Of a stretch of 64,000 bases of DNA, positions 30,447 to 40,580 are shown in pieces. Position numbers and translations under genes: made by a program. Each line of letters opens with the position of its first letter. Position 1 is the first letter of the stretch. A model generated the notes under the pieces. The model had not been told where the DNA came from. It made no database searches and worked only from the letters and a program-made list of their open reading frames with translations. The stretch lies in the sequence record NC_028999.1. One strand, given 5' to 3'.

Positions 30447-33400
30447 ATGTTCGATACATTTCGCACGCTCTTCAGCGGACTAGACGTAAAAGAAACCGAC
30501 ACGGAGATTATCATCAGTGGTGTAGCTGCTAATGAGATCATTCGTGATATGGACAAGTTCTGGAAGACTACCAAGTTGACTGGGAACATGTTCAATAATG
30601 TCTCTCGTCGCTCGATGAGCTTCTATAAGTTCTTTGCTCCAGAAGTCATGTACATGCTGGAGAACATCAAACACTACCGGAATCGTTGGACGTCTATTAA
30701 GGCGATCAATGCGATTCGCGAAGCGTTGATGGAACATACCTGGTTAAAGGGTACCATTCCAGTTGATCCCAATACTGTACCTGGTCGTTTGGATCTACGT
30801 AAGCTCCAGAACTTACATTTTGACGCAATGACCTACCAGATGGAGTATTTCCAGAACTACTCCTATAGACTCGACCAATACGGTTTAAAAGGTGATCTGA
30901 TCGCAGCTGCTGCCGGCACAGGTAAAGCCCAGCCGCTAACTTCCATGGTCAAAGTACCGGGTGGTTGGAAAGCCATGGGTAATATTCAAGTAGGTGATGT
31001 TGTTACTGCTTGGGACGGTACTCCAACTAAGGTAACTGGCGTTTATCCGCAAGGAAAGAAACAAACCTTTACCGTCACCTTCAAAGACGGCCGGACCACC
31101 AAAGCCTGTGACGAGCACCTGTGGAATGTGTACTGCCAAGATTGGACCCGTTACGGTGGAACCGGGTGGCGCGTAATCAACACCTTGGAGTTATTCGGTC
31201 GTATCCAAAGCGGGAAACAACGGCTGTATGTGCAGTTGTGCAAATCCGAGGAAGGTATTGATGTAGAACTTCCCATTGATCCTTACAACCTGGGAGTTAT
31301 CCTTGGTGACGGATGCATCAGCTCAAACTGTGTGTCGGTGACTAGTGGTGACCCGCAGCTCTTCACAGAGTTCGCTAAAGCCCTTCCAGAAAATCTGGAA
31401 TTGATCACCCGTGATGACATCACGATGGGCGTAATCAACAAAAAGGGTGAACGTAATCCGTATACCAGTGCGTTGCGTGAGATGGGGCTACTTGGTGAGA
31501 ACTCACTGACTAAGTTCATCCCGCAAAACTACCTGATGGCGTCCACTGCACAGCGTTTGGCTTTGGTTCAGGGGCTGATGGACACCGATGGTACTGTTGA
31601 TGTTAACAGTAGCCTGAGTTTCTCGACCAGCAGTTACATGTTGGCCAAACAATTCCAGTATCTGATTCGTTCGCTAGGTGGAATCGCGAAGATCTCGTTC
31701 AAGGAGCCAACCTACACCTACAATGGTGTTAAACAGTACGGGAACATGTCGTACCGGGTACTTGTCCGCTTCGATGTGCCATCAGCTCTTTTCCGACTCG
31801 ACCGCAAGTTAGCACGGTGCAATGACAATCATCAGTACACGGAGAATCTTCGGTTGCAGATCAAGCATGTGAACGTGTCAGACCGGGTAGAGTGTCAATG
31901 CATTCAGGTAGAGCATCAGGACCACCTGTACGTTACCGATGATTTCATTGTGACGCACAACACCTACATGACTTCAGCCATTGCAGAAATGCGCAGTGCG
32001 GAGTTGATTGTTGTAATCTGCCCCAAACAAGCATTAGAAACCGTCTGGTTAGAATCTATCCCCGATATGTTCAAAGCCAAACAGAGCGTCTGGAGTTCAG
32101 CGAATAAACACGCTCCCTATAAAGGTGAGCGTTGGATTGTTTGCCACTACGACGCTATGGATCGACTGATCGAACTACTCCGTGATCAGCGAGTCTATAA
32201 AGGTAAACGGGTTGTAACTATCCTTGATGAATCCCACAACCTGAACGATCCAAACTCGGCTCGGTCTTTGTACTATCAGACCATCTGTAAGATCCTAGGT
32301 AGCGAAGACAATCTGTTTGCATCGGGTACACCGGTGAAAGCACTTGGCTCTGAACTAATCGGTTTACTGCGTGTGGTGGATGACATGTTCACACCAGCGG
32401 TAGAAGAACGGTTCCGCAAGATGTACGGTAAAGAAGCCAGTAAAGGTCTTGATATTATCCGTCATCGCTTGGGTCTAATGTCCTTTAAGGTGGAGAAGAA
32501 AGAAACTGGTCTCCAACCTCCGATCATGAAGCCGTATCCAATCAAGATCCCCAATGGGGAACTGTTCACGCTACCGATGATCAAAAAGGACATGGAGAAA
32601 TTCATCAATGAACGCTGGGCTTATTATAAGTCCCGTCGTCCGAATGATGAGAAACTCTGGAACCAGATGTTGGATATCCATCGCAAGTCACTCAAGACAC
32701 GCGATCAAGTCAAAGCCTTTGAAGACTACCTGCGTTTGGTAGAACTCGTTAAGCGTACTCCTGACCCTCGTTACATCGGTGAGGAAATCAAGGCAACGAA
32801 CGTTTACGAGAAGCGGATCTTTGAACCGACCCTTCCACGCACGATGATCCATCAGTTCCGTGACATCAAGTCCGTGATCAAATACACCAACCTTAAGATC
32901 CAAGGTGAATGCCTGGGTCGAGTGTTGGGTGGTAAACGGATTGAAGCGCACGTAGCGATGGTTCCGTATATCGATTGGGTGGGGATTGTTGAGTCTACTG
33001 AGAAGAAGACGATCATGTTCACAAGCTTCGTTGAAGCGGTGGAAGCGTCTGAAATTCACACTACTAAACTAGGGATGAAACCCACAGTTGTGTACGGTAA
33101 GACGACAGGGGATCTAGCAGGCATCGTTAAACGCTTCGATGAAAATAAGTCCATCAACCCATTGTTAGCAACCTTCGCTTCGCTATCTACAGCTGTACGC
33201 TTGACCATGGCTGACACCATGATCCTATTGAACTCTCCATTCCGTGCCTATATTCTGGAACAAGCCATCGCGCGTATCTATCGCATGGGTCAAGACTCGC
33301 AAACTTACGTCTACCAATGCACACTTGATACGGGGGAGGTTCCGAACATCTCTACGCGATCCGCTGACATCCTGGCGTGGTCTACTGCTCAAGTGGAAGC

Positions 33401-33617
33401 GATCATGGGTATCAAGTCTCCTCTGCAAATGGAGGATGCGGCCAGCTTTGAAAATCTAGCTGAAGAACTCAAGTACGATGAGAACCGAATCATGCATCGG
33501 ATTCTGGCTAATGCTTTCGAAGCGTATGGTATTGAAATTTCCCAAGAAGACTTCATTGTGAAGTCTGTTGTTAAACACAAACCTTTAGTGCCCGCATACA
33601 TGCGGTTCGGAGGATAA
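30447..33617 (+). CDS. SF2/SNF2-like helicase (phiKZ gp203-like) containing an intein
   Basis: Walker A AAAGTGK|T, ILDESH (DExH), ASGTP motif III, QAIARIYRMGQ motif VI. Confidence 0.9.
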   Translation: MFDTFRTLFSGLDVKETDTEIIISGVAANEIIRDMDKFWKTTKLTGNMFNNVSRRSMSFYKFFAPEVMYMLENIKHYRNRWTSIKAINAIREALMEHTWLKGTIPVDPNTVPGRLDLRKLQNLHFDAMTYQMEYFQNYSYRLDQYGLKGDLIAAAAGTGKAQPLTSMVKVPGGWKAMGNIQVGDVVTAWDGTPTKVTGVYPQGKKQTFTVTFKDGRTTKACDEHLWNVYCQDWTRYGGTGWRVINTLELFGRIQSGKQRLYVQLCKSEEGIDVELPIDPYNLGVILGDGCISSNCVSVTSGDPQLFTEFAKALPENLELITRDDITMGVINKKGERNPYTSALREMGLLGENSLTKFIPQNYLMASTAQRLALVQGLMDTDGTVDVNSSLSFSTSSYMLAKQFQYLIRSLGGIAKISFKEPTYTYNGVKQYGNMSYRVLVRFDVPSALFRLDRKLARCNDNHQYTENLRLQIKHVNVSDRVECQCIQVEHQDHLYVTDDFIVTHNTYMTSAIAEMRSAELIVVICPKQALETVWLESIPDMFKAKQSVWSSANKHAPYKGERWIVCHYDAMDRLIELLRDQRVYKGKRVVTILDESHNLNDPNSARSLYYQTICKILGSEDNLFASGTPVKALGSELIGLLRVVDDMFTPAVEERFRKMYGKEASKGLDIIRHRLGLMSFKVEKKETGLQPPIMKPYPIKIPNGELFTLPMIKKDMEKFINERWAYYKSRRPNDEKLWNQMLDIHRKSLKTRDQVKAFEDYLRLVELVKRTPDPRYIGEEIKATNVYEKRIFEPTLPRTMIHQFRDIKSVIKYTNLKIQGECLGRVLGGKRIEAHVAMVPYIDWVGIVESTEKKTIMFTSFVEAVEASEIHTTKLGMKPTVVYGKTTGDLAGIVKRFDENKSINPLLATFASLSTAVRLTMADTMILLNSPFRAYILEQAIARIYRMGQDSQTYVYQCTLDTGEVPNISTRSADILAWSTAQVEAIMGIKSPLQMEDAASFENLAEELKYDENRIMHRILANAFEAYGIEISQEDFIVKSVVKHKPLVPAYMRFGG
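30927..31961 (+). mobile_element. Class 3 intein (345 aa) with a LAGLIDADG endonuclease
   Basis: Ala1 start AQPL, block B DEHLW, LAGLIDADG-like LGVILGDG and LVQGLMDTDG, block F CQCIQV, block G IVTHN, +1 Thr; inserted between K and T of Walker A. Confidence 0.9.
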
Positions 33618-33619
33618 TA

Positions 33620-34006
33620 ATGGCACGTTCTACAGCCGCAACAATGCTGGCAGCACTTCAGAAGTACTTTACTAAAGTTGAAGAGCGATTAGATAGTGGT
33701 GGCAGTGGTGGGGTGAATGCCCTGTATTTTGCAAATGGCTCTATTGCAGCCGGTGCTACCACTCAGAAAGATCTAACTACGATTACTGGTGCACCGACTG
33801 GCAAAGATTGGCGCTCGGCAATTGTGCAAGTACTGGTCAAAGATGTAACGGCCGGTTCCCCTACTCTAAACTGCTGGTTAGATGGTAGTGCATTATTCAC
33901 GTATGGCATTGATGAAGCTGGGGTATTCAAGATCACTAACTTGAGTACGACCGGACAACTCTACGCTGTCACCATTCTTGCCCCCTCTTCCGCTAAAATT
34001 GGTTAG
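33620..34006 (+). CDS. Putative virion structural protein
   Basis: 128 aa, Gly/Thr/Ala-rich, ggagga RBS, precedes the tail-fibre-like gene. Confidence 0.55.
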   Translation: MARSTAATMLAALQKYFTKVEERLDSGGSGGVNALYFANGSIAAGATTQKDLTTITGAPTGKDWRSAIVQVLVKDVTAGSPTLNCWLDGSALFTYGIDEAGVFKITNLSTTGQLYAVTILAPSSAKIG

Positions 34007-34013
34007 GTGATGT

Positions 34014-36494
34014 ATGGTCTACGCCATTCCAGATAAAGCCGCAGGGAAATATGCATCGGCTCAAACGGTAAACTGGACGTTCGCCGCTGGCGTGGTAGGT
34101 TATACTTGGAACACCGGGGATACTCCCCCGGTGATTTCCGAGTATATTGCCTACGATAACCAGACTCCTCAGAATCCTTTCATTGCTGTTACTCAAGATG
34201 GTAGCGGTAAAGTGGTTTACGATGGCGGTTTCCCTAAGTGGTTAAACAATCAGTTAGGGTCAACTACAACCACTACACCGTTTGCTAATTTGACGATTGG
34301 TCAGAAATACTTCGTTAACGCGTTGAACTTCATCGCTAGTCCTGATCGACCTAAGAAAGTTCTATTCTTAGGAGATCGCCTGTTTACTAACAGTGGTGGA
34401 AGTTACCAGATTAAAGAAACGGCTCCTGGTGGATTCAAGACTTTCATTGAGACGCTTTCCGCCGTTGCTGGCTATATCCCCACTATCAAAGATTCGGGCG
34501 ATTATGGTGGTTCATCGCTTAATCCAACTTTAGTTGAGATGGACCAATACGCCGCCGTTGTGTTGGTAGCTACAGACACAACTAAAGTAGCTGGATGGTT
34601 CACTGCGAATGCTCTGTTAGATATCCAGACATATCGCCGTAATGGTGGTGGTATATTCATCATTACCGATGATGGTCCGGAGATTTCCGACATTGCTAAC
34701 GCATCACCGACTCCAACAAACGCTTTCTTCTGTACAGCCAACCAACTGGCGGTAAAGTTTAATTGCTGGTTCTCTGGTAATTACAACCGCACGCCTATCC
34801 TGGTCAGTGAACTAAAAGCTAATTACGGTGATCATCCGTTATGGCAGGGTATGGCCGATACAGATATGTTTCCAGCCGGTGGTTCAGAGTCACGTGTTTA
34901 CGTAAACTCGGTAGCACTGTCAGCTCCGTCTGCATTGGCTACGCCTATCGCCAGTTCAGCATTGACCAAAGTTAACTTCTTGGTAAAGTTGGCAGATGGA
35001 TCATTCCACACGGAGACATATGGCTATACCACAAATGGATCGGACATTGTCCAATACCTTAACCGAGCAGCCAACAACGTCGTGGTTACCGCCCTGGATA
35101 CGGGCGTAAACAATAGCGCGGCCCTAGACTTTAACATCACACATACCACATCAGGTACGTTGGTGGCGTATATTCGACGCTACAAAATTGATAGTCAGTC
35201 TGTAGTGAATGTGGGTGAGGTTCGATACGTTCCTGGACAAGGGACAGTAACATCCTGGTATGCCTATAATGGCATCGTTCCCGTTCGAAATGGTGATAAG
35301 ATCTATGTTGATTTTATCGCGCCGTTCGAATACCACTCGGAATTGCCCGTAACACGTTACATGCCTCCAATGCATGGTATCGTTAAGACACTAGCTGATG
35401 CAGCGAAATGGATTCGTCCACGCTATTCGACTGGTTCGTTAATATCGGTTATCCGTAGGGCTGTAGAAGAAGCCGCTGGTCAACACCCAGCTATGGGGAT
35501 GGATCAGTGGACAGGCACTGCTCAACATGTAATGGGTTTGGCCAATTTCTATGCTGATCTATTGGATCGTCCACGCACTCAGGCAGTAGCCTATTCGACA
35601 ACCGCAGCTATTACAGCAGCATTGCCGACTCTGACGCCTCCTGATGCATCAGCCATCTTTAACAAATGGGCACGTTTTTCTAACAATGCCTATTATCCGG
35701 CTGGCACTACCCCAGAAGGGGATGCCGCATCTTGGACATGGGATGACACGACTAAGCAGGCAATTCAGACAGTAAATTCGGGGACGTATAACGGTTTCTT
35801 GTCTGATGAAACTCCTATGGTGTGGACGTTAGATGTAACTCTCCAGAGTAACAACATTGACGATGATTTCAATGGTATCGTGATCTGTTTTGATCGCGAT
35901 GAATCAGCGGGTATCAACCGTACATTAAGTGTTGTTGTTAACCGTGGAGCTATGGGTTTTGGTACCCTACCACATCCATGGCCTAACTTAATGTTACTAA
36001 CGGGTTTCGAACGTGGCAATCCAGCACATGCTGAATGGAAAGTCTTCGGACAAAGTTCAGTGGGTGATCCAACTGATACATCAGGATGGAATGGTTCTTA
36101 TAGACGTCTGTTCATTTCCCGTCGAGCAGATCAGATAACCGTACAGGCATCTGATTGGAACTCTACGGTACTCAATAATGTTCACACCCTAACACTGGAC
36201 CTGACATCTGATCCCCTACTGGCTCGCTTTCGTGGACCTAAGAGGTACGGCTTGAGTAACCAAAGCCAACCTGATTCGTTTTTCAAGAACATCAACTATG
36301 TTGGTGAACTGCAACGAAATCTGGCATTGGACATGCAAGCGAACAAAGTTTACTTCTACACCAGTAATGGTTGGTTGTTATTGAACGGAGTACTCATCCA
36401 CGACCTCTATGGATGGCCTCGTACACTGGAATCTTCAGTGGATGGTTCTGTGTGGCACTTGAACCAAGATCGAACAATCACCCGCATTTCGTAA
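34014..36494 (+). CDS. Putative tail fibre/receptor-binding virion protein with a C-terminal lectin-like domain
   Basis: 826 aa, rich in G/T/N/W; SNNIDDDFNGIVICF resembles the ConA/TSP-C lectin DDDxxG motif. Confidence 0.55.
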   Translation: MVYAIPDKAAGKYASAQTVNWTFAAGVVGYTWNTGDTPPVISEYIAYDNQTPQNPFIAVTQDGSGKVVYDGGFPKWLNNQLGSTTTTTPFANLTIGQKYFVNALNFIASPDRPKKVLFLGDRLFTNSGGSYQIKETAPGGFKTFIETLSAVAGYIPTIKDSGDYGGSSLNPTLVEMDQYAAVVLVATDTTKVAGWFTANALLDIQTYRRNGGGIFIITDDGPEISDIANASPTPTNAFFCTANQLAVKFNCWFSGNYNRTPILVSELKANYGDHPLWQGMADTDMFPAGGSESRVYVNSVALSAPSALATPIASSALTKVNFLVKLADGSFHTETYGYTTNGSDIVQYLNRAANNVVVTALDTGVNNSAALDFNITHTTSGTLVAYIRRYKIDSQSVVNVGEVRYVPGQGTVTSWYAYNGIVPVRNGDKIYVDFIAPFEYHSELPVTRYMPPMHGIVKTLADAAKWIRPRYSTGSLISVIRRAVEEAAGQHPAMGMDQWTGTAQHVMGLANFYADLLDRPRTQAVAYSTTAAITAALPTLTPPDASAIFNKWARFSNNAYYPAGTTPEGDAASWTWDDTTKQAIQTVNSGTYNGFLSDETPMVWTLDVTLQSNNIDDDFNGIVICFDRDESAGINRTLSVVVNRGAMGFGTLPHPWPNLMLLTGFERGNPAHAEWKVFGQSSVGDPTDTSGWNGSYRRLFISRRADQITVQASDWNSTVLNNVHTLTLDLTSDPLLARFRGPKRYGLSNQSQPDSFFKNINYVGELQRNLALDMQANKVYFYTSNGWLLLNGVLIHDLYGWPRTLESSVDGSVWHLNQDRTITRIS

Positions 36495-36499
36495 CGACA

Positions 36500-36530
36500 T
36501 AAGGCCCCTCCATTACGGAGGGGCTCTATG
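36500..36530. terminator. Bidirectional terminator between convergent genes
   Basis: cataaggcccctcc-atta-cggagggctctatg. Confidence 0.65.
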
Positions 36531-36534
36531 ACAT

Positions 36535-37503
36535 TTAACGCACCAGTTCTAAGAACGGTAAATAACCGCGTGTAGTTCCGCCAGTTGCCGTCGTTGTAGA
36601 TGCTAACGTACCGAAGTTAGTAGTCGTTCCACGTTGAACAGCCTGACCATTCGACAACACAGCTCCAACTTGGAACGTCACACCAAACCCTGAGTTACGG
36701 TTATACGAAGTCGTAATGTCCTGACTGTTGTATTTGTCGCGCAACCACGAGTACACAAACGACGAACTCTGTACAGTGTACACTCGGTCGATCGTACTGG
36801 TAACTTGGTCACCAATAACGGCCATACCTGTTGCAGCATCCGTTAGGTCAGTGTAAACAATGCGATCACCCAAACTAGGTGCGTACACCTTGTAAACATT
36901 CGACCCGTTGGTGTAGGTCTTACCCTGGACAGTAGCCGTTAACGTACTGGTCACAGTGGACGGTAGATCACTGAAATAATCCCTTGCTTCAGGGAACATG
37001 ATACCGGCTTCGTAGGTAGCTTTCCAGTTCACCCCAGAGAAGAAGCTATGGTCTGGGATATAGATCGTCTTACCATTTACTTGGAACTTATGGCAGTTGA
37101 CCGGCAGGTTAGTACTATCGACGAAGTTACCAGTGGACAGAGCTAACTGACTACGGAAAGCGGTTCGATCTACGATACTGGTAAAAGCTACTGTACCAAA
37201 ATAACCATTCCAGAAATCGCCCAGGAGTGGCGTAGTTCCACCAGGGCCAGGATTGGTGTACTCGGCAATAGCAAAACTACGACGCATCGCTGCTACCGTG
37301 CGGCTATCAGGCAACACGTTGACGATGTAATAATGGTAAACGGTGTCCTTTACAGCTGTCGTGTCATCCCATGTTGTGGTGCCTGCTGCTAGGGTAGCAA
37401 TGGGAGGTTCCACCACTTCTGTAATAGAATTCACTCTGACAGAACCACGGTAGATTTTGATGCTTGACACGGTCCCGAAACTACTAAGATTGAGTCTAAT
37501 CAT
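36535..37503 (-). CDS. phiKZ-like virion structural paralog (Ig/FN3-like N-domain plus PGxxx..GD..GYFG domain)
   Basis: IKIYRG...WDDTTAVKDTVYHYYI; PGPGGTTPLLGDFWNGYFG; CHKFQVNGKTIYIP. Confidence 0.7.
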   Translation of the reverse strand: MIRLNLSSFGTVSSIKIYRGSVRVNSITEVVEPPIATLAAGTTTWDDTTAVKDTVYHYYIVNVLPDSRTVAAMRRSFAIAEYTNPGPGGTTPLLGDFWNGYFGTVAFTSIVDRTAFRSQLALSTGNFVDSTNLPVNCHKFQVNGKTIYIPDHSFFSGVNWKATYEAGIMFPEARDYFSDLPSTVTSTLTATVQGKTYTNGSNVYKVYAPSLGDRIVYTDLTDAATGMAVIGDQVTSTIDRVYTVQSSSFVYSWLRDKYNSQDITTSYNRNSGFGVTFQVGAVLSNGQAVQRGTTTNFGTLASTTTATGGTTRGYLPFLELVR

Positions 37504-37511
37504 AACTCACC

Positions 37512-38474
37512 TCAGAAGTCGAGTTTCAGTACGGGAAGGAAGCTTGCCGATGTGTTAGCCGAGATAGCCACAGATACCATGTTTTGCATGTTACCAGTGC
37601 TGCTGCGAACGAAAGCTTGCGCAACGTCAGTACGGTAAGTAGCTAGGTGATAGCCAGTAATACCGCCAGAAGTGATATCAGCCGGCCAATCGTTAGAGTC
37701 CCAACGTACCTGACTCCACGACTGCGCTATGTTACCTGTCGCGCCGTACGCGTACAAGCGTTCGAAAGTACGGCTGATGAAATCCGTACCGTCTACAGCA
37801 GCTGTACCGCCGGCAGAGTTGTAAGCATCCGCTGGCATCCACGGGAGACAAACTCGGAACAGATGCCCCTTAATCTCCCACTGACGATATTGCTCAGATT
37901 TATTCGCTGTAGTCAACGCGGTTTGCATACCGGCATTCAAACGATCCCAGTTATCGCCGGGTGCATTAAACGCCATCCCCATTCGGTAGATATCTTGCCA
38001 ACTGGCGCGAATGAATCCTGCGGTGGGGATAAAGTAAATAACCCCATCGACGATAAACTTGTGCCATTCAAATTTGGTTGGTGCGTTAATCGAGATGGAA
38101 TTGATAGGTGTGTAATCCGCAATCTTCAACACCGAATACAATTCACCGACTGTAACAAAGTCAGTTGTCGACTTACCGAAGTAGCCGTACTTGTAATCAC
38201 CGAAGAGAATATTCTGACCACCGGGACCAGTATAAGGCATGAAAGATAGAACTTTCTGTTCGCTGAACGAACTACCATCAGGAGACAGACACTCGATGAT
38301 GTAATAGTACAGTTGATTACGGACAGCAGTGGTATCATCGTAGTTGCGAACAGCAGCGCCGACTGTTGCCAATGCCGCTGGTAGTGCCGTCACGTCCATG
38401 GGTGTGTTACTGCGGTACACTTTATAGCCGGTCGCATTGGGGGCCATACTAGCCCAAGATACTTTAGTACCCAT
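37512..38474 (-). CDS. phiKZ-like virion structural paralog
   Basis: YKVYRS...YDDTTAVRNQLYYYII; TGPGGQNILFGDYKYGYFG; WHKFIVDGVIYFIP. Confidence 0.7.
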   Translation of the reverse strand: MGTKVSWASMAPNATGYKVYRSNTPMDVTALPAALATVGAAVRNYDDTTAVRNQLYYYIIECLSPDGSSFSEQKVLSFMPYTGPGGQNILFGDYKYGYFGKSTTDFVTVGELYSVLKIADYTPINSISINAPTKFEWHKFIVDGVIYFIPTAGFIRASWQDIYRMGMAFNAPGDNWDRLNAGMQTALTTANKSEQYRQWEIKGHLFRVCLPWMPADAYNSAGGTAAVDGTDFISRTFERLYAYGATGNIAQSWSQVRWDSNDWPADITSGGITGYHLATYRTDVAQAFVRSSTGNMQNMVSVAISANTSASFLPVLKLDF

Positions 38475-38476
38475 GA

Positions 38477-39466
38477 TTAGCTCCCAATGTTAACTACGTT
38501 AATCGGCACCATTTCAAGAATTGGGTACCAACCGGCCACAGTGGCGCTCGCGGCGCGGGCGTTTGGTTTACCTGCGGCACTAGCAGTTGACGTGAAGTCA
38601 CGGAAAACAACGTTGGTGCCATTGTACTCACGACAGATTACATAGTTTGTGCCGGTCGGCCATGTTAAGTTACCTTGTGCAATGTACGGCGCAATTCGTT
38701 CTAGAGAACGGTTGTTTGTGAAGTAGTTACTCAGCGGCATTATGAACATATCAACTGCTGAGTTAGTCAGACGAGAGTCAACGTTTGCCCAAGACCCGAA
38801 CGTGGAGTCAACCACATATCCAGCTGGGTCAGCATCGTGTGCAACAATGCCAGTAGGACAGGAAACGATAAACTCATAACCACGGATGGTGACACGTTTG
38901 TTCTGGGGTACTTCTGCGGCTGCACCCAGTGGAGTCGGCTTCACAGTGGGTACTTTATCGCCAAACATCAGCCCGGCGTTGTAAATAGTCAACCAGGTAA
39001 AGGTTGTTGTACTAGATACTCGGCGATCAGGGACATAAATCGTTTTCCCTTTATAGGAGAACTTATGCCATTTTTGCAAAGCGTCTGTATCAGCTGTCCA
39101 GGATTGGCCACACGCTGTAATAAGAGCAGCGTTACTGATGAAATCAAGTGGGTTAACGCTACCATAGTAACCGTAGTTTACGTTACCGAAGAGCAGTTTC
39201 TGGGGACCAGGACCGGTGAACGGCAACGCATCAAACGAGAAGACTTTACTCTTACTAACGTCGGTACCTTTTACGGATTCCCACATGTAGTAGTATTTCA
39301 GACCGAACGTGACGTTAGTGTCATCGTAAGTGGTTTCACCATTAGTAAAGGTAACGTATGGAGTACCGGGGTTACTACGATCGATGTTCGACGTACTACG
39401 GTACAGATTGACCGTGACGCCAGCCCCGTTCGGGTTGACCCATTTCAAATGGATTGTGTACGACAT
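38477..39466 (-). CDS. phiKZ-like virion structural paralog
   Basis: VNLYRS...YDDTNVTFGLKYYYMW; TGPGPQKLLFGNVNYGYYG; WHKFSYKGKTIYVP. Confidence 0.7.
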   Translation of the reverse strand: MSYTIHLKWVNPNGAGVTVNLYRSTSNIDRSNPGTPYVTFTNGETTYDDTNVTFGLKYYYMWESVKGTDVSKSKVFSFDALPFTGPGPQKLLFGNVNYGYYGSVNPLDFISNAALITACGQSWTADTDALQKWHKFSYKGKTIYVPDRRVSSTTTFTWLTIYNAGLMFGDKVPTVKPTPLGAAAEVPQNKRVTIRGYEFIVSCPTGIVAHDADPAGYVVDSTFGSWANVDSRLTNSAVDMFIMPLSNYFTNNRSLERIAPYIAQGNLTWPTGTNYVICREYNGTNVVFRDFTSTASAAGKPNARAASATVAGWYPILEMVPINVVNIGS

Positions 39467-39477
39467 TAATCGTTACC

Positions 39478-40449
39478 TCAGACAAAAGTATAAGAATCTA
39501 CGATGGTACCGGCTAAAATGTCGGTACCACCACCGACTGTAGAATAGTCGATAAGTGTTTCAGTTGGCGGAGTAATATCGGTGAAGCCCATTACGTAAGC
39601 ATTATTAACGTTCCAGACATCAGTAAGACGTTGTGCAATAGCCTCACCAGTGTAGTCACCCCCAGTGATTTGAGATACCGTACCCTGAGAACCCTGCGGA
39701 AGTGCGTCCACTAATGTGATCGGTACGATCTTCAGATGGTCTTGTGGGATGACTTCCAGCACGGGACGCCAGTTGCCGTTAGCACTGGTAAAGCTGTATA
39801 GGCTACCTACGTACGGCAATGTACCGTTCATCTGGAACCATGGTGCTCCAGCTGACGCTGTTGCTGCTGCCATCCAAAGGATGCTACTTGCACCCAACTG
39901 AGCTGCCGTATAATTACCCCAAGACCCATCGCTAAGCTTAATGAAGATTTTATAAAGCTCAGTCAGATAAGACGTTGTAGAGTTAACTTCCGGTGTGAAC
40001 GGGTTAGCTGGGGCTGTGCCCAGACGCAGCCTAAACTGCCAGTTCTTCCCGTTATTATCTTGCATTGCGTAGATCTTATTCTGTGCAACACTGTACCCAG
40101 CCGGGACGTTTTGTCCAGTGCCATCATCGCCGAAGATAAGTCCTTTATCGTACAGCATTTTCCACGAGACTATGTTAGTCAAAAAACTCATGGGGGTGAA
40201 ACAAACCTTATTTTGATACATGTACTTAATCCACTGTACAGTATTAAAATTGGGGTTTATTTGCGATATCCAGTCTGCAATATCAGCTTGTTCAATAAAA
40301 GCGCTATCCTGATAAATGTCAGACCCATTAATTACCCCGAAAAAACCTAGGGTGGTATCGCCTTTAGCGAGCGTTGTCGGTCCAGGACCAGAGTACGGAA
40401 AGTCCAACGCACTCTTTTTTCCGACCGTACTTAACAGCAATTCAAACAT
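39478..40449 (-). CDS. phiKZ-like virion structural paralog lacking the Ig-like N-domain
   Basis: MFELLL...SGPGPTTLAKGDTTLGFFG; WIKYMYQNKVCFTP; WRPVLE. Confidence 0.7.
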   Translation of the reverse strand: MFELLLSTVGKKSALDFPYSGPGPTTLAKGDTTLGFFGVINGSDIYQDSAFIEQADIADWISQINPNFNTVQWIKYMYQNKVCFTPMSFLTNIVSWKMLYDKGLIFGDDGTGQNVPAGYSVAQNKIYAMQDNNGKNWQFRLRLGTAPANPFTPEVNSTTSYLTELYKIFIKLSDGSWGNYTAAQLGASSILWMAAATASAGAPWFQMNGTLPYVGSLYSFTSANGNWRPVLEVIPQDHLKIVPITLVDALPQGSQGTVSQITGGDYTGEAIAQRLTDVWNVNNAYVMGFTDITPPTETLIDYSTVGGGTDILAGTIVDSYTFV

Positions 40450-40515
40450 TGCTTTTTCACCTTCAGGTTGCTGTTAGGATTTATCTACTCAATAAATGAA
40501 TACTATACCATTGGA

Positions 40516-40552
40516 CCATTAAATTTTATTTCAAATCTATATTACGTCTTTG
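40516..40552 (+). promoter_or_regulatory. phiKZ-type early promoter (copy A of an identical 37-bp element)
   Basis: ccattaaattttatttcaaatcTATATTACgtctttg, identical to 59268-59304. Confidence 0.8.
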
Positions 40553-40580
40553 GAGTGCGCGCCAAAGTTAGGAGTTTATA

